From Octopus vulgaris (lineage: Eukaryota), in the NCBI GenBank assembly GCA_951406725.2, contig OX597814.1, forward strand, positions 44,144,001 to 44,208,000: a stretch of DNA of 64,000 nucleotides. Reading direction: 5' to 3'. Positions 13,401 to 25,440 of this stretch are shown piece after piece. The notes under the pieces are model-generated. The model searched no databases, was not told the DNA's origin, and saw only the letters and a list, made by a program, of their open reading frames with translations. Position numbers and translations under genes: made by a program. How positions within the stretch are numbered: the stretch's first letter is position 1; each line of letters begins with the position of its first letter.

Positions 13401-16400
13401 CAAAACAATGTATAATCAAGCTAATTTTTATGCATACTAGACCCACCATTTCTTTTGCCTCTGTACATGAATCATCGCAATATATGGAAATAGATCCCAG
13501 TGAGGTCCATCAGCAAAAATTGATGGATGTTTACGGATATTTAACCTACCAAATATAAACCTCATTATGGGATGGAAGATTATTATTTTGATCTTTTAGA
13601 ATATTAACCAAATGTATCTCACCTATCCTGAAAATATTCAAAAATAAAATGTTACTGCCTGTAATATGAGTAAAATATACGTTCGTGTTTGTTTTAATTA
13701 ACACCTGCGAGGTAGGTAATCGTGTATGGATTCTATATGTTTTCGTTTTTAGATCCTGATTGATGTATTCTGACTAATACATCGCCATATGTCTCCATTC
13801 GATATTTTCAGCGGCGAGATTTTTACGTAAATTCATGTAATTGAGACTGATTACACGAGACGCATTGTACACGAGACGCATGTCCTAAACTAGACCCCAG
13901 GCATCAATAAACGGTGGGTACGAAACTATATTTTCCAAAATCATCGCATTCCCTTTCCTGTACATCAAAATGCCTTCAAAATACATATCAAGACAACAAC
14001 CAATTTAACACAGTACATTAGTTCTCCGTATCTACAATGCAGATAACATTAAACGGAGTGTTAACCACAATGATCTCACTCGAATACTAAAGCTTGACAT
14101 AGCAAACATAAAAGAAAAAGTGTAGTATTTAACATTATTTCTCAATGATAAAGGATATTAGCTAGGAAGAAGAGATCAAAAGAAAATCTTGCAGGAAATG
14201 TTAGCCTTCTAATCAGTGATCATATGACAGAAGTATATCCATCTTATTTAGATAATGCATTCTGTAAGCTGCTGTCTTTACGTTTCTTCTTCAAGTATAT
14301 AAATTGCTGTTCCTAATTAAAACACAACTAGACTATCATAATTAAAGCGCAATGCTTTTCATGATACTCACTTGCTCGAATAAAGACGTTATTGGCTTCC
14401 ATAGCTATCGAACCAGCAACAAGCAGTTACACACGAGCGGACTACAAATTCTGGATATCTTATGTACTTCATTGACGCCTTCAACCGATTAACACTTTCC
14501 TCTTTCTGTGTCTCAGGTACGCCTTGATTTACTCACTCGTTTTTTTTTTCTGCAGATACTAACTGCTCACATTTTTGTCACTCACATCGACAAACAAAAG
14601 TTCAAGTGGAGGATTAGCACATCAGGCTTACTCGGGTAAGAAAGCCTGAAAACGCCAAAACACAGAAAAAATACAGAAAAAATGGTTGAGAATAAGTGAA
14701 AAAACAGCAACTTGTAATATTGTTCAGCGGGGATTTCAATTCTGATTGGAGGCCGTCTTTCAGCCACTACGTAGTTAATTCACCCTACATCGAGCGTCTC
14801 TATTACCACATTCACTTATTTACGCAGATTAATTTTCGATATAATTGGACCTTTGAGAAAAATGTTACACTAAAGCTAATAAATAGATATGAACTATAAC
14901 GTAACATCTTCCTTTTCTATCAATTATTTTGCTAAAAAAATCCAGATTCCTTATAAAATACGTAAAATATTCCAACAATTATAATTCAATACATTGCTAT
15001 ACACAATAGTTTTAAATATTTTGTTTTTCTTTACTAAATTATTGATGTTATTTAGAATGATTTGCTCCATAGAAAGAGAAAAAAAGAATTGCACATTGTT
15101 TAATCAAATAGAACTTATTTCCAGTCTAGTTACTTTCTGAATATCATTTAATGATAAAAATATTCGTGTCATGCCAAGAAATTCTTCTGAACTAGACACC
15201 TCGGCTTCTTGCCATAAGTTTCTGTTTTCTGAAGATATTTTTTTTCTTGTGATATTCTCTTTTCTTTCAGAGGATATGCTTTAAGAATGCTCGAGAATGA
15301 TAAAAAGAAGTTAGATGCTTTGAATATTGAAAATATATTTCCACAGAGGCCCTATTTTCTTTGAACACACCAGGCTTACACCAATGTATAATATTCAATA
15401 TACATATACATATTTATCTATCTATCTACACCCGCACACATACACACGCGGGCGCACTCACGCACACACAGATATACACACCCGCTTGCACATGCATACA
15501 CACACATATACACACACACGCACACACATACACGCACACACATGCCCACACACACACACACATACGCATATATATGTATCATTTTCTAAGTTAGAAAATA
15601 TATTAAATAATATATTCCAAATTGAAAATATCAACTTGTTTTAATAATTATATTTAACTGACGGTTGATGCGGCATCATACCCTATGGGAAGTGAGATTA
15701 TCATGAAAATGGGAAACCAAACACAAATTATTTAACCTAGCTTATCAGTTATTGGACGTTTAGCCGTGAGTTATCAGGTCAAAAGCTACGTCACATATTC
15801 TGATTTCTAAAAGTACAAAACGAAAATGATTAAAATCGAGGCACATTTAATGTATAGCGGTCACCAGATATATCTTATCAGAAATATGCCAAATTGCCTA
15901 AGAAGAAATTAAAACTAATTGTTTAAGCGAAGAATTTACTTATAAATTCTTTGGAGGCATCAACAATTAAGCTTTCTACGTAAGTAAAGTTTTCATTGCA
16001 TTTATCATTTTATGTTTCTTTAATCACTTTACAAAAGTTTTGACTATTTTTTTTCATCTGTTTAAAGATTGAATCAGTCGAGGATGTTTTAGGTGGTCAT
16101 TTTTCGTGAAAGTGTTTCGAATGTGACGATGCATATGCAAATATGTGTTCCAAATGTGCATATATTTATTGATATATGTTCTGATTTCTGTTTTTGAATT
16201 TTTCCCCCGACATTTTCCCACTAAATCTAGAAATCTGTGTATGTGTGTTTGAGTATATATATATACATATACATATACATATATATTTATATTTATATTT
16301 ATATTTATACTTATATTTATATTAATAGTAATGCTAAGACAACAGAAGAATGAAAGAGACCTTGTTACTATGTAAATAGAGGAATTAATCTGTAATATAA

Positions 16401-17762
16401 TATGTGACAATATATGTGACAATTCTTCGGTTACCATAATAAAATTCCGAGTTTTGGATGTTGGGGCGGAAAGCGGCACCGGCATCTCTTCAGTTCTACC
16501 TGTGATCTTGAGGGAACCAAAAACGTAACAAATATTTAGCCACATATGGACATGGTCCAAAATGTTCAGTTGTTGAATTTAGACATCTTTAGAATTTAGA
16601 CTCTTTAGTTCGTCGATGGTTTTAGCGAGGAAATAAACTATACACATGTCACCAGTCCAAAAATAAAGAAAAGGAAACTTTCGGTCTTAACATAACTGCA
16701 GATACCAACCTGACGGTTGTGAAATTCCTGGATGTATTTTTAGATCTAAATAAAGATATTTATAAACATTATAGGAAGACCGGCGATATTGTTAGTTATA
16801 TTAATGTGGATGTCCTGCCATCTCCCATGGTGTTTAAAAATTGAGTTAAAAACATTAGGAAAAGAATTTCAAGCCTCTCCTCCGAGAGGTACATTTTTAT
16901 TAGAGTTGCCCCAGTATATAATAAGGCTTTAAAAGATAGTGGTTTTAGCGAGGAATTAACCTAAACACCTGTTACCAGTCCAATGATAAAGAAAAGGAAA
17001 CATAGGAATAGGAAAACCATCTGGTTCACACACATCCCTACTCCACCGAAGTGACCTTTCATATAGGTAGATATTTCATAGCACTGATAGATAGACATTT
17101 TCCAGTCAACCATAGTTACAGAAAGCTCTTCAATGGACATAACTTAATCGGTTTCAGCTCAACTACTAATTTAAAAAATATAATCGCAAACAACACACAA
17201 AAACCACAAAATGAAACCAGCTGTTCATGCAGGGATAAAGATATGCGTCCGCTAAATGGAACTTGCATGTCGGAAGCCATCATTTATAAAGCCACCGTAG
17301 ACTCTACAACCACTAAGGGCACAGTTTCAATAAAGAAATATGTGGGCCTTACAGAGAGGCATTTCAAGGCCAGGTTCAACAATCAGACTTTGCGCTTCAG
17401 GCACTGGGATTAAAGGAAAACGATCAAATTATCCAGTCACATATGGTCCTTTGAAGATAAAGGTGCCACTTACAACATCCATTGGAAGATCTTATCTAAA
17501 TTTGAGCCTTATACCAACGGCAGTGGAAAGTGCGCTCTTTGTGATATGGAAAAATGGCTCATCTGGAAGAGCAGCTTAGACACCACTACATGTCTAATTT
17601 CAAGAACTGACATTTTGGATCATGTCCATATTGAGCTAAATATTTTTTACATTTTTGGTACCCCACCCCAAGATCACAGATAGAACTTGTTCTATATTGT
17701 GTCTACTTACTAGCTTTTTATCTCTCGATACTTTATATATATATATATTTTTTTTTTTTAAT

Positions 17763-17962
17763 CTTTTTACTTGTTTCAGTCATTTGACTGCGGCCATGCT
17801 GGAGCACCGCCTTTAGTCGAGCAAATCGACTCCAGGACTTATTCTTTGTAAGCCCAGTACTTATTCTATCGGTCTCTTTTGCCGAACCGCTAAGTGACGG
17901 GGACGTAAACACACCAGCATCGGTTGTCAAGCAATGCTAGGGGGACAAATACAGGCACACAA

Positions 17963-18005
<43 letters not shown>

Positions 18006-18167
18006 TACGACAGGCTTCTTTCAGTTTCCGTCTACCAAATCTACTCACAAGGCATTGGTCGGCCCGGGGCTATAGCAGAAGACACTTGCCCAAGATGCCA
18101 GCAGTGGGACTGAACCCGGAACCATGTGGTTGGTTAGCAAGCTACTTACCACACAGCCACTCCTGCG

Positions 18168-18169
<2 letters not shown>
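17763..18169 (-). mobile_element. SINE-A, full length, tRNA-derived head, internal (TA/TG)n, CR1-like tail
   Basis: Head GGCGCAGGAGTGGCTGTGTGGTAAG (A box)...GGGTTCAGTCCC (B box); near-identical to 34473-34877; inserted in the Penelope 3' region. Confidence 0.92.
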
Positions 18170-18208
<39 letters not shown>

Positions 18209-19025
18209 CCTCAATATTTTTTTTACATATTTATATAGATATATTTTTATATCTTTATTTCTTTATGTATTTTGACACATTTTTTTCCTGTATTTTACGT
18301 TCCACCCTGCATTTGTCATGTGCATATGCGTATATAGACGTGTATTTGATTTTTTTGTGCGTGTGTGTACGTGTGTACGGGTATGTATATATGTACATGT
18401 GTATGGTTGCATTTATACGTGGATGTATATGCGAGTCTTCCACGCGTGAATAATTGATTATATGTATATATAGCATGTACATATTTTAGACGTGCATTTG
18501 AATATAACTCTGCGCGTATGGGTACGTGCACATGTGTGTGTGCGCGCGTGTGTGTGCGGATATACATATGTGAAAATCGTGCGTGTGTGCGCGGGTATGT
18601 ATATATTCACACGTATATGTTCATGTGTATGGTTGCATGTATGTGTGGGTGTACATACATGTGTTCCATGCGAGTGTGAGCGAGCACATAGCATGTGCGT
18701 ATTTTTAGATGTGTACTTGAATATAACTGTGTGCGTATGGGTATGTATAAATGGGTGTGTGAGCGTGTATGTGGATGTGTATACGTGTACATGCATGGTT
18801 ACATATATATATATGCATCTTTTCGGAGTAAGTTTGGGTGCGCATGTGTGTGTTTCATGCGAGTCTGAGTGGACATATGCATATAGGCACATGCACGTGC
18901 GTGCATGTGTATGGATGTACATGGTGGCATACGCGAATCCTATGTGCATTTTAACCCTTTACTTTATATATCCTCCTCTTCAGCTTTTTCCCTTATATAA
19001 CGGTCATTTTCAAAGCATATTTTTA

Positions 19026-19100
19026 TTGCCCCGATAACTGAAGAGATGCTGGTGCAGGTTTCCGCCCCGACATCCGAAACTCGGAGTTTTATTATGGCAA
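19026..19100 (+). ncRNA. type I hammerhead ribozyme motif in Penelope terminal repeat
   Basis: Core CTGAAGA (19038-44) and GAAAC (19076-80); stem II GATG/CATC; short stem III ACT/AGT; GUU site at 19086-88; stem I TTGCC-cc-GATAA / TTATT-at-GGCAA. Confidence 0.75.
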
Positions 19101-19712
19101 CCGAATAATTGCCACATACATTACAGATATATAAATATATATTAGGGGCATTATTATACATAAATGCCTCAAGCGATGAGTGACTCTTAAAGTCAAAACT
19201 ACTATCATAAACACATTGTGCCGAACGCGAGGGGATGCAACTCTCGAAGCGAGTTCCTTAAAAACAGATTAAGCCGCAGATCATATGATTTTATGATTAG
19301 TGCACAAAATGCACTTTTTAATCGTCAGTGCAGACATAATCAAGACGCATAAGAATGAAAAAAACAACAACATACAGACGAAGACCAAATGTATCCAGCA
19401 TAGTACATAGAGTTGTTTACCTGTAGATATCTATGTAAGAGGCGGGCTTTTAGAATTGCATATTTGGTATACGTGCTTTTTTAGAATAGATTCATCGCTG
19501 AATATATTCCGGTTAAATTTACAATTTAAAAATAGAATAAAATCTTTAAAAGAATTTATCAAGTAGTCCGTTTGAAAACCCTGAAAATAGGGAATTTTTT
19601 AAAATTATTCCCTTTAAATATATTTATTTATATTAAAGGCATTTTCATTTTTATGCGTTTTGATTATGTCTGCACTGACGATTAAAAAGTGCATATATAT
19701 ACACACACACAG

Positions 19713-19747
<35 letters not shown>

Positions 19748-21220
19748 TACATATGGACATATATACATATATTTATATAGAGATACATAGATATACACGC
19801 GTGTGTGTGTATATGTGTGAATGTATGTGTGTGTGTGTGTGTGTACAGCGAACATTTTTTACCGAAATGTTAAGCTGTTGAGCGTAAACAAACCAACATA
19901 GGCTGTTAAGGGGCGAGAGACGAACAAACGCACACATTTTATTGTTCATAAGGTTCTATAAAATTTCAACAGCAAACCAGCATGTGTAGACGGGATTTTG
20001 GGAAACAATTTAATAAAACAGCAATGGTAAAGCGAAGGGAGAGACAGTGAGGCAGAGAAAGAGAGAAGAGTCAGAGTTAGGTGATCAGGCAGTAACTACA
20101 ACACGAGGAAGAAGAATATTCTTAGGGATTTGGGGTAACATAATTTAATGAAACGGCAACTAATTTAATGAAACAGCAAATATTTTAAAGAAACAGCAAA
20201 TGCCAAAATTGTGAGATAGAATTGAAAAATGTTTTGAGGGATTTTGGAAAACATAATTTAATGAAACGGCAGTGGTAAATCAGAGAGGGGTCAGAAACCC
20301 AAACCATGAGAAGCGGTGTTCACGACTATACTTACATTTTCACATACAACGATGTATGTGAATGCACTTGTAATCGTTTGAAAATTATAAGGGTTATAAA
20401 TAGCATATTGAAAACACTTTAGAATATAGTTTCCTATGTGAATAAAACAATAAAGTTAGGTATTTTCTATTATTTCACTACTTTATCTACATTGAAACGT
20501 TTCAAAATTGATCTTGTTAAAAATGCACGTTACAATGAAGCCCAGGGGAATTTCTAACGAATATTTGGAATAATTTCTGTTGAAAATTAACAATGGGAAA
20601 ACTATTTTATAATTGCATGATGATAACGAATGCTATAGAGTTTACATTAAATATACTTAAACAAAAAAAATAGTAGAACAATAATTTATTGAAGTTCAGA
20701 TTAATATAATCATAACAGGAGCAACCTCAATTCGGAAAATATCGAAGTAGAATAAATGAATGAAAGAGAACACAAAGAAACTATGACTCATAGCTTGTTC
20801 TGCCAATTCTCATAATCCGAGTGCAAAACAAGGCAATAGATTTTCTGTTATTAGAAAAGCGTACATTTCATCTGTACTCGCTGACATTTTTTCATATTAA
20901 ATAAAATTATATTCTGCTAAATTCATTCGTAGTTTGATGCGAGAACAAAAAAAAATACAGATAGGTAAATTGGTTTCTGCGTGAATGTATGAAGTGGATA
21001 TACTTGATCCAAAACTACATAGCTGAAACACGTAGAGAAATAATACTTGAGATTGTCTATATATCTGTGTGCTCACAACTTCACAATAGATTCAATGAAA
21101 TTTATATTTTAAATAAAATAATGAGATAATCAAAATTAATATCATTGCAGTCGCCGAACAAAACCAATACAATAAATCACATATATATACATACACACAC
21201 ACATATATGCATACGCAAAG

Positions 21221-21380
21221 GGCTGGTGTGGCTGTGTGGTAAGTAGCTTGCTTACCAACCACATGGTTCCAGGTTCAGTCCCGTTGCGTGGCACCTTGGG
21301 CAATGATCTTCTACTATACTCTCGTGCCGACCAAAGCCTTTTGTGTCGATTTGGTAGACGGAAATTTAAAGTAGCCCATA

Positions 21381-21385
<5 letters not shown>
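21221..21385 (+). mobile_element. SINE-A, 5' half ending in (TA)n
   Basis: GTGGCTGTGTGGTAAGTAGCTTGCTTACCAACCACATGGTTCCAGGTTCAGTCCC head, colinear with full copies. Confidence 0.88.
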
Positions 21386-21420
<35 letters not shown>

Positions 21421-21540
21421 CTTAGTTCGAAATGGATGCGTAGCATTGGATCATATAATAATATAAATTATATATATATATATATATGCATATATATATA
21501 ATACATACATGCATATACCTACATATATATGTATATACAC

Positions 21541-22400
21541 CTGCATATATGGGTACAGGACGTTAAAATAAACATAAACAAGTAGGAAAACGAGACAGGT
21601 CACATAAAGAACAATCACTTCATCAGTTGTCCACTGTTTTATCTACTTCACATTTCGAACCTGAAGGGAGGAGAAGAATTAGAGAAAGTGTGAAAGAGAA
21701 AAAGAAAGAAAAGAGGGAGAATAGAGATAGTCATAGAATAGTGATAGAATTCTCACATCTCTATTATTAAGAAATGTTAACGCTCACGCCCATTATAATC
21801 AAACCCTCCAATTATTCGGCTTCCGCGAAAAAGTTTATTATTTCCCAAATACTAAGCTTAACATTAGAATCTCACATCTCTTTTCCAATGTTCATCCTAA
21901 ACCTACGGACACAATATCTACTCTACACCAATCCAATGTCTCTCAAGAAGAAAGCTCTACACATCACACTCAGTCGCCCCACTCGCCACTCCCAGACTAT
22001 AACAATTCACAAGCCCCACTCCAGATCAATCCACTAGAGCCACACACTCTAGACATTCAAATGCCAGGTAACAGGAAATTTTATCTCTCTCCAAGTTATA
22101 TCGCTGCTTAAACTCTTATTTTAAAAATCTTAAAATCTAATTTTCCACCACAGCATAAATATTATCTCATATTTAACAAAACATTCGTGGAAATCTCCTA
22201 CTCCACCACACCTAATTTGGGATCGATATTCACCTCCTCGAACAAACAGAAACTTCAACTTCAGTCCTCGGTGCACTGTACCCCAAATTAAACCACATAC
22301 TAGCAATAAGACATCCCTTATTAACCACCTCCCCACTCAATTAAAAAATAACAGACTCAGGCTGTCATCTCACAATCCTACCTACGCGACAACAAATACT
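21541..22400 (+). mobile_element. Penelope-like relic with inverted terminal-repeat piece at 21541-21668
   Basis: ILKSNFPPQHKYYLIFNKTFVEISYSTTPNLGSIFTSSNKQKL (22127-22260) resembles the Penelope RT C-terminal HFP..HK..IFN..SYS..PN motif; 21541-21668 is the reverse complement of the family at 48815-49010. Confidence 0.7.
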
Positions 22401-22581
22401 AGCTGCAATCCCATCAACTCAGTCCAATACAAATACAGATTGCACTTCAGGTTCTTCTCCACTAATACTGAACCACGGAGCTGATAGGAAAACTTGCAAT
22501 AATCTGGTTTCTTAACTATGCCCTCTTGGAGGCTCCTGTCTACGTAAGTGCATTCTATAAAGAGAATATTTGTGTCGCATT

Positions 22582-22620
<39 letters not shown>

Positions 22621-22623
<3 letters not shown>

Positions 22624-22816
22624 GGTAAAGACCCCCTTCGGTCATGAGTGACCATGGGATTGCACCTAGAAAGTTACCCTCCTAGACACAAGTCCGGGCA
22701 AGGTTGTTTATGGAAGACCAGCAGTCGCCCATGCATACCAGCCTTCCCTCTCCGCGCCACGAGTGTTATCCAAGGGAAAGACAAAGGTCGATACAGCTTG
22801 GCACCTGTGACGTCGT
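22621..22816 (-). mobile_element. fragment of a third interspersed repeat, probably the 3' part of a SINE
   Basis: GC-balanced block abutting (TA)n; recalled as a common octopus repeat; only one copy in the window, so not independently supported. Confidence 0.45.
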
Positions 22817-23212
22817 ATAAACCTTATATGTATAAACCTTATATTAATGTTTTATATACATGTGTGTGTACGTTTGTATAAAGCTTTGTACATATTCATG
22901 TATGAATACATATGTGCATATGTGTGTGCGTATGTGTGTGTTGAGAATAATATTTATATAAAATAATTTATATAAAATAATACTTTGCACTAGTATAATT
23001 ACGTTTGTAGAGTGGGCAGATGTTTTTATTATATCAAAGATCGACAATCAACTCTGAATTTTGCAAAACTCAGTGGAACGTCTGTTGATAAAACGCATAA
23101 GTATGTAATAAGTATCTAATTAAATATATAAGTCAGTGTACATACGTTGAATTGGACACCTGTTGGGTTATATAATCATAATATATATATATGCATGTAT
23201 ATATATATAATA

Positions 23213-23495
23213 CAAAGAGTCTGAGGAACACTCAAAGAGTCTGAGGAACACCCAAAGAGTCTGAGGATCTTGCGCAAAGTAGATGTAGGGGTTTCTAAAT
23301 CAAAGCTGGACCTCTTCTTGTCGAGAATCCCAGATGAACCTACCTCACGACAAGAGGTTCAAATGAGGGTAGCTATATCAAACTCCATTCTTCACCAAGT
23401 TCCACATATTAGAGGAGGCTCTTAGTAATAACAGTGTAGCACAAAACGGCGGTGCATCAGCATGGCCGCAGCTCTGAGCTGAAACTAGAAAAAAA
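23213..23495 (+). mobile_element. 5'-truncated CR1-type LINE 3' end
   Basis: PKSLRIL..KVDVGVSKSKLDLFLSRIPDEPTSRQEVQMRVAISNSILHQV, then a tail shared with SINE-A; second copy at 30559-30775. Confidence 0.85.
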
Positions 23496-23883
23496 TGCAT
23501 ATATATATACATATATATATTATATACATATTATATATATGTAGAAACCAATAGGTACGCATAGATATATTTGTATATGCGTGCATCTAGATATGTACGT
23601 ACGTATGAGGGTATGAGAGTGTGTGTTTATGTGCGTATGTGTGTGTATGTGTGTATATTTATGCATGATTTATATATGTAATTAGGAAGAAATTCAGCTA
23701 AGAGAGAAATGCGTCAGAGTTTTGTCTACAACAAAATATAGATAAGCCAAATGCCATAGGAAACAAATTCTTCATTTCTTTAAATTATGTTCTTTTTTAT
23801 GAGAAGACAGACTGTCACCGTATGTAAGTTTAACTGAAATACACAAGCAAATCTCAAGTAAATAAACGTTTTAATATACGTAA

Positions 23884-24095
23884 GGCTACGAGCTGGCAGA
23901 ATCATTAGCACGCTGGGAAAGTTGCTTGGCAGCATTCCATCCGTTTTATGTTCCAAATTCAAATCCCTCCATGGTCAACTTTGCCTGTCACCCCTTCGGT
24001 GCCGTTAAATGAGCACCAGTCGGGTACTGGGGTTGATGCTATCGACTAGTTCCCACTCTTAAAATTGCTGGCCTTGTTCCAAGATTTAAAACCAA
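23884..24095 (+). mobile_element. SINE-B, diverged copy (tail type 1)
   Basis: GAGCTGGCAGAATC head, GGTCAACTTTGCC..CCCTTCGG core, GGCCTTGT tail; colinear with 38589-38794. Confidence 0.8.
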
Positions 24096-24508
24096 TATGC
24101 AACTTACGTAATACTACGTAAATAGAAATACCATTATATTCTACGAGGTAGTGTCGAATCAATAGTGTATTTGCTTTAAATTACTTGTTGCTAAAATGTT
24201 TGTTTTGTAAAATCAAATATATCATTAAACATATATATGGGGATACAAATCTATAAGAGAATACATTTGAATATAAATTGAAGTACAGATTTCAGGCAAA
24301 ATAGTAGTAAATTAAAGTAATGCAGAGAAGAATTAAAATACACATTTGTATAGTTTGGAATAACTGTCTCTAATGTAAACTTGCATTCTATTCACTTAGA
24401 AGTAATTGAAGGACCAATTGTGCTAACCGAAAAAAAAATTTAAACATTTAAATTCGATAGTTTTAAAAGGGATTTGTTACATGCAATTCAAACATTGAAA
24501 TAAATACA

Positions 24509-25171
24509 GGCGAAGGCGTGCCTGTGTGGTAATAAGTATGATTCTCAACATTATGCTTTCGGGTTCAGTCTCACTGGGTGCACCTTGAGCAAGTGTCTTC
24601 TACTAATGTCGCGGGCCGACGAAAGCCCATTTGGTAAACGGAAAATGAAAGGAACCCATCGTATATATGTACGTACATATATATATATATCTGACAAAAA
24701 ATTGATAATCCCAATTGAAGAGCATAAAATCCACAGAGTTGTCTCCCCTTACCCACAGGAACTGGAAAACTCCTGCCCCATTTCCTGTTTTGACATTCAT
24801 TTAACAAACATCTTAAATCAAACACCACGTTTAATCACATGGATCTTAATCTTCCAAGGTAAATTTTTCCAAGGATTATCATTGAACTCAAGATACATAA
24901 AGACTTTACAATGTATCGGTATACCTATTTTTTAAATTTTTGTATATGTTTATTATTATTTTATTGCAAAAAACAATGTAAATTTCTTTTTTCCCCCCTC
25001 CTCAATTAAAAAAAAAATTCTTTTCACCTTTCAATTCTTGAAAATTTACATTGCCATGAAAACCGGTTAAAGTTAATATTAAAAAATTTTTTTTTAAAAT
25101 TTACCATACACTCACTTTTATTAAAATTTACCTTCAATTTACTATTCTGCCTTTTTATAATTTTTCCTCGC

Positions 25172-25229
<58 letters not shown>

Positions 25230-25440
25230 GGAGGTATTTGCGTCTATGTTTGACAACCGGTGTTAGTGCGTTTGACAACTGGTGTTAGTGCGTTTACGCC
25301 CCCGAAACTTTGCGGCTCGGCAATCCGACCGATAGAATAAGTACTCGGCTTCTAAAAAAGTCGATTTGCTCCACTTAAAATCCCGTCAAGCTTGTGCTCC
25401 AGCATGACTGCAGTCAAATTACTGAAACAAGTAAAAGAAA
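24509..25440 (+). mobile_element. SINE-A split by a ~480-bp insertion in its central (TA)n
   Basis: 5' half at 24509-24689 and 3' half at 25228-25440, same strand and colinear; unrelated sequence at 24690-25173 between two TA tracts. Confidence 0.8.

Larger units (their letters stand above)
16388..19160 (+). mobile_element. Penelope-like element: inverted terminal piece (16388-16586), RT C-end + GIY-YIG ORF relic (16680-17650), simple-repeat-rich 3' region and terminal repeat with hammerhead
   Basis: FGLNITADTNLTVVKFLDVFLDLN..YRK, IDRHFPVNHSYRKLFN, CSCRDK..PLNGTCMSEAIIYKATV..KYVGLTERHFKARFNN (GIY-YIG); 16388-16586 is the reverse complement of 17590-17687 joined to 19036-19130. Confidence 0.9.

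Noticed and set aside
18095-18169. tRNA gene calls for SINE heads (also 21221, 31707, 34800, 38589, 57650)
   Set aside because: A and B boxes are present but there is no complete cloverleaf, and each continues into a SINE body.
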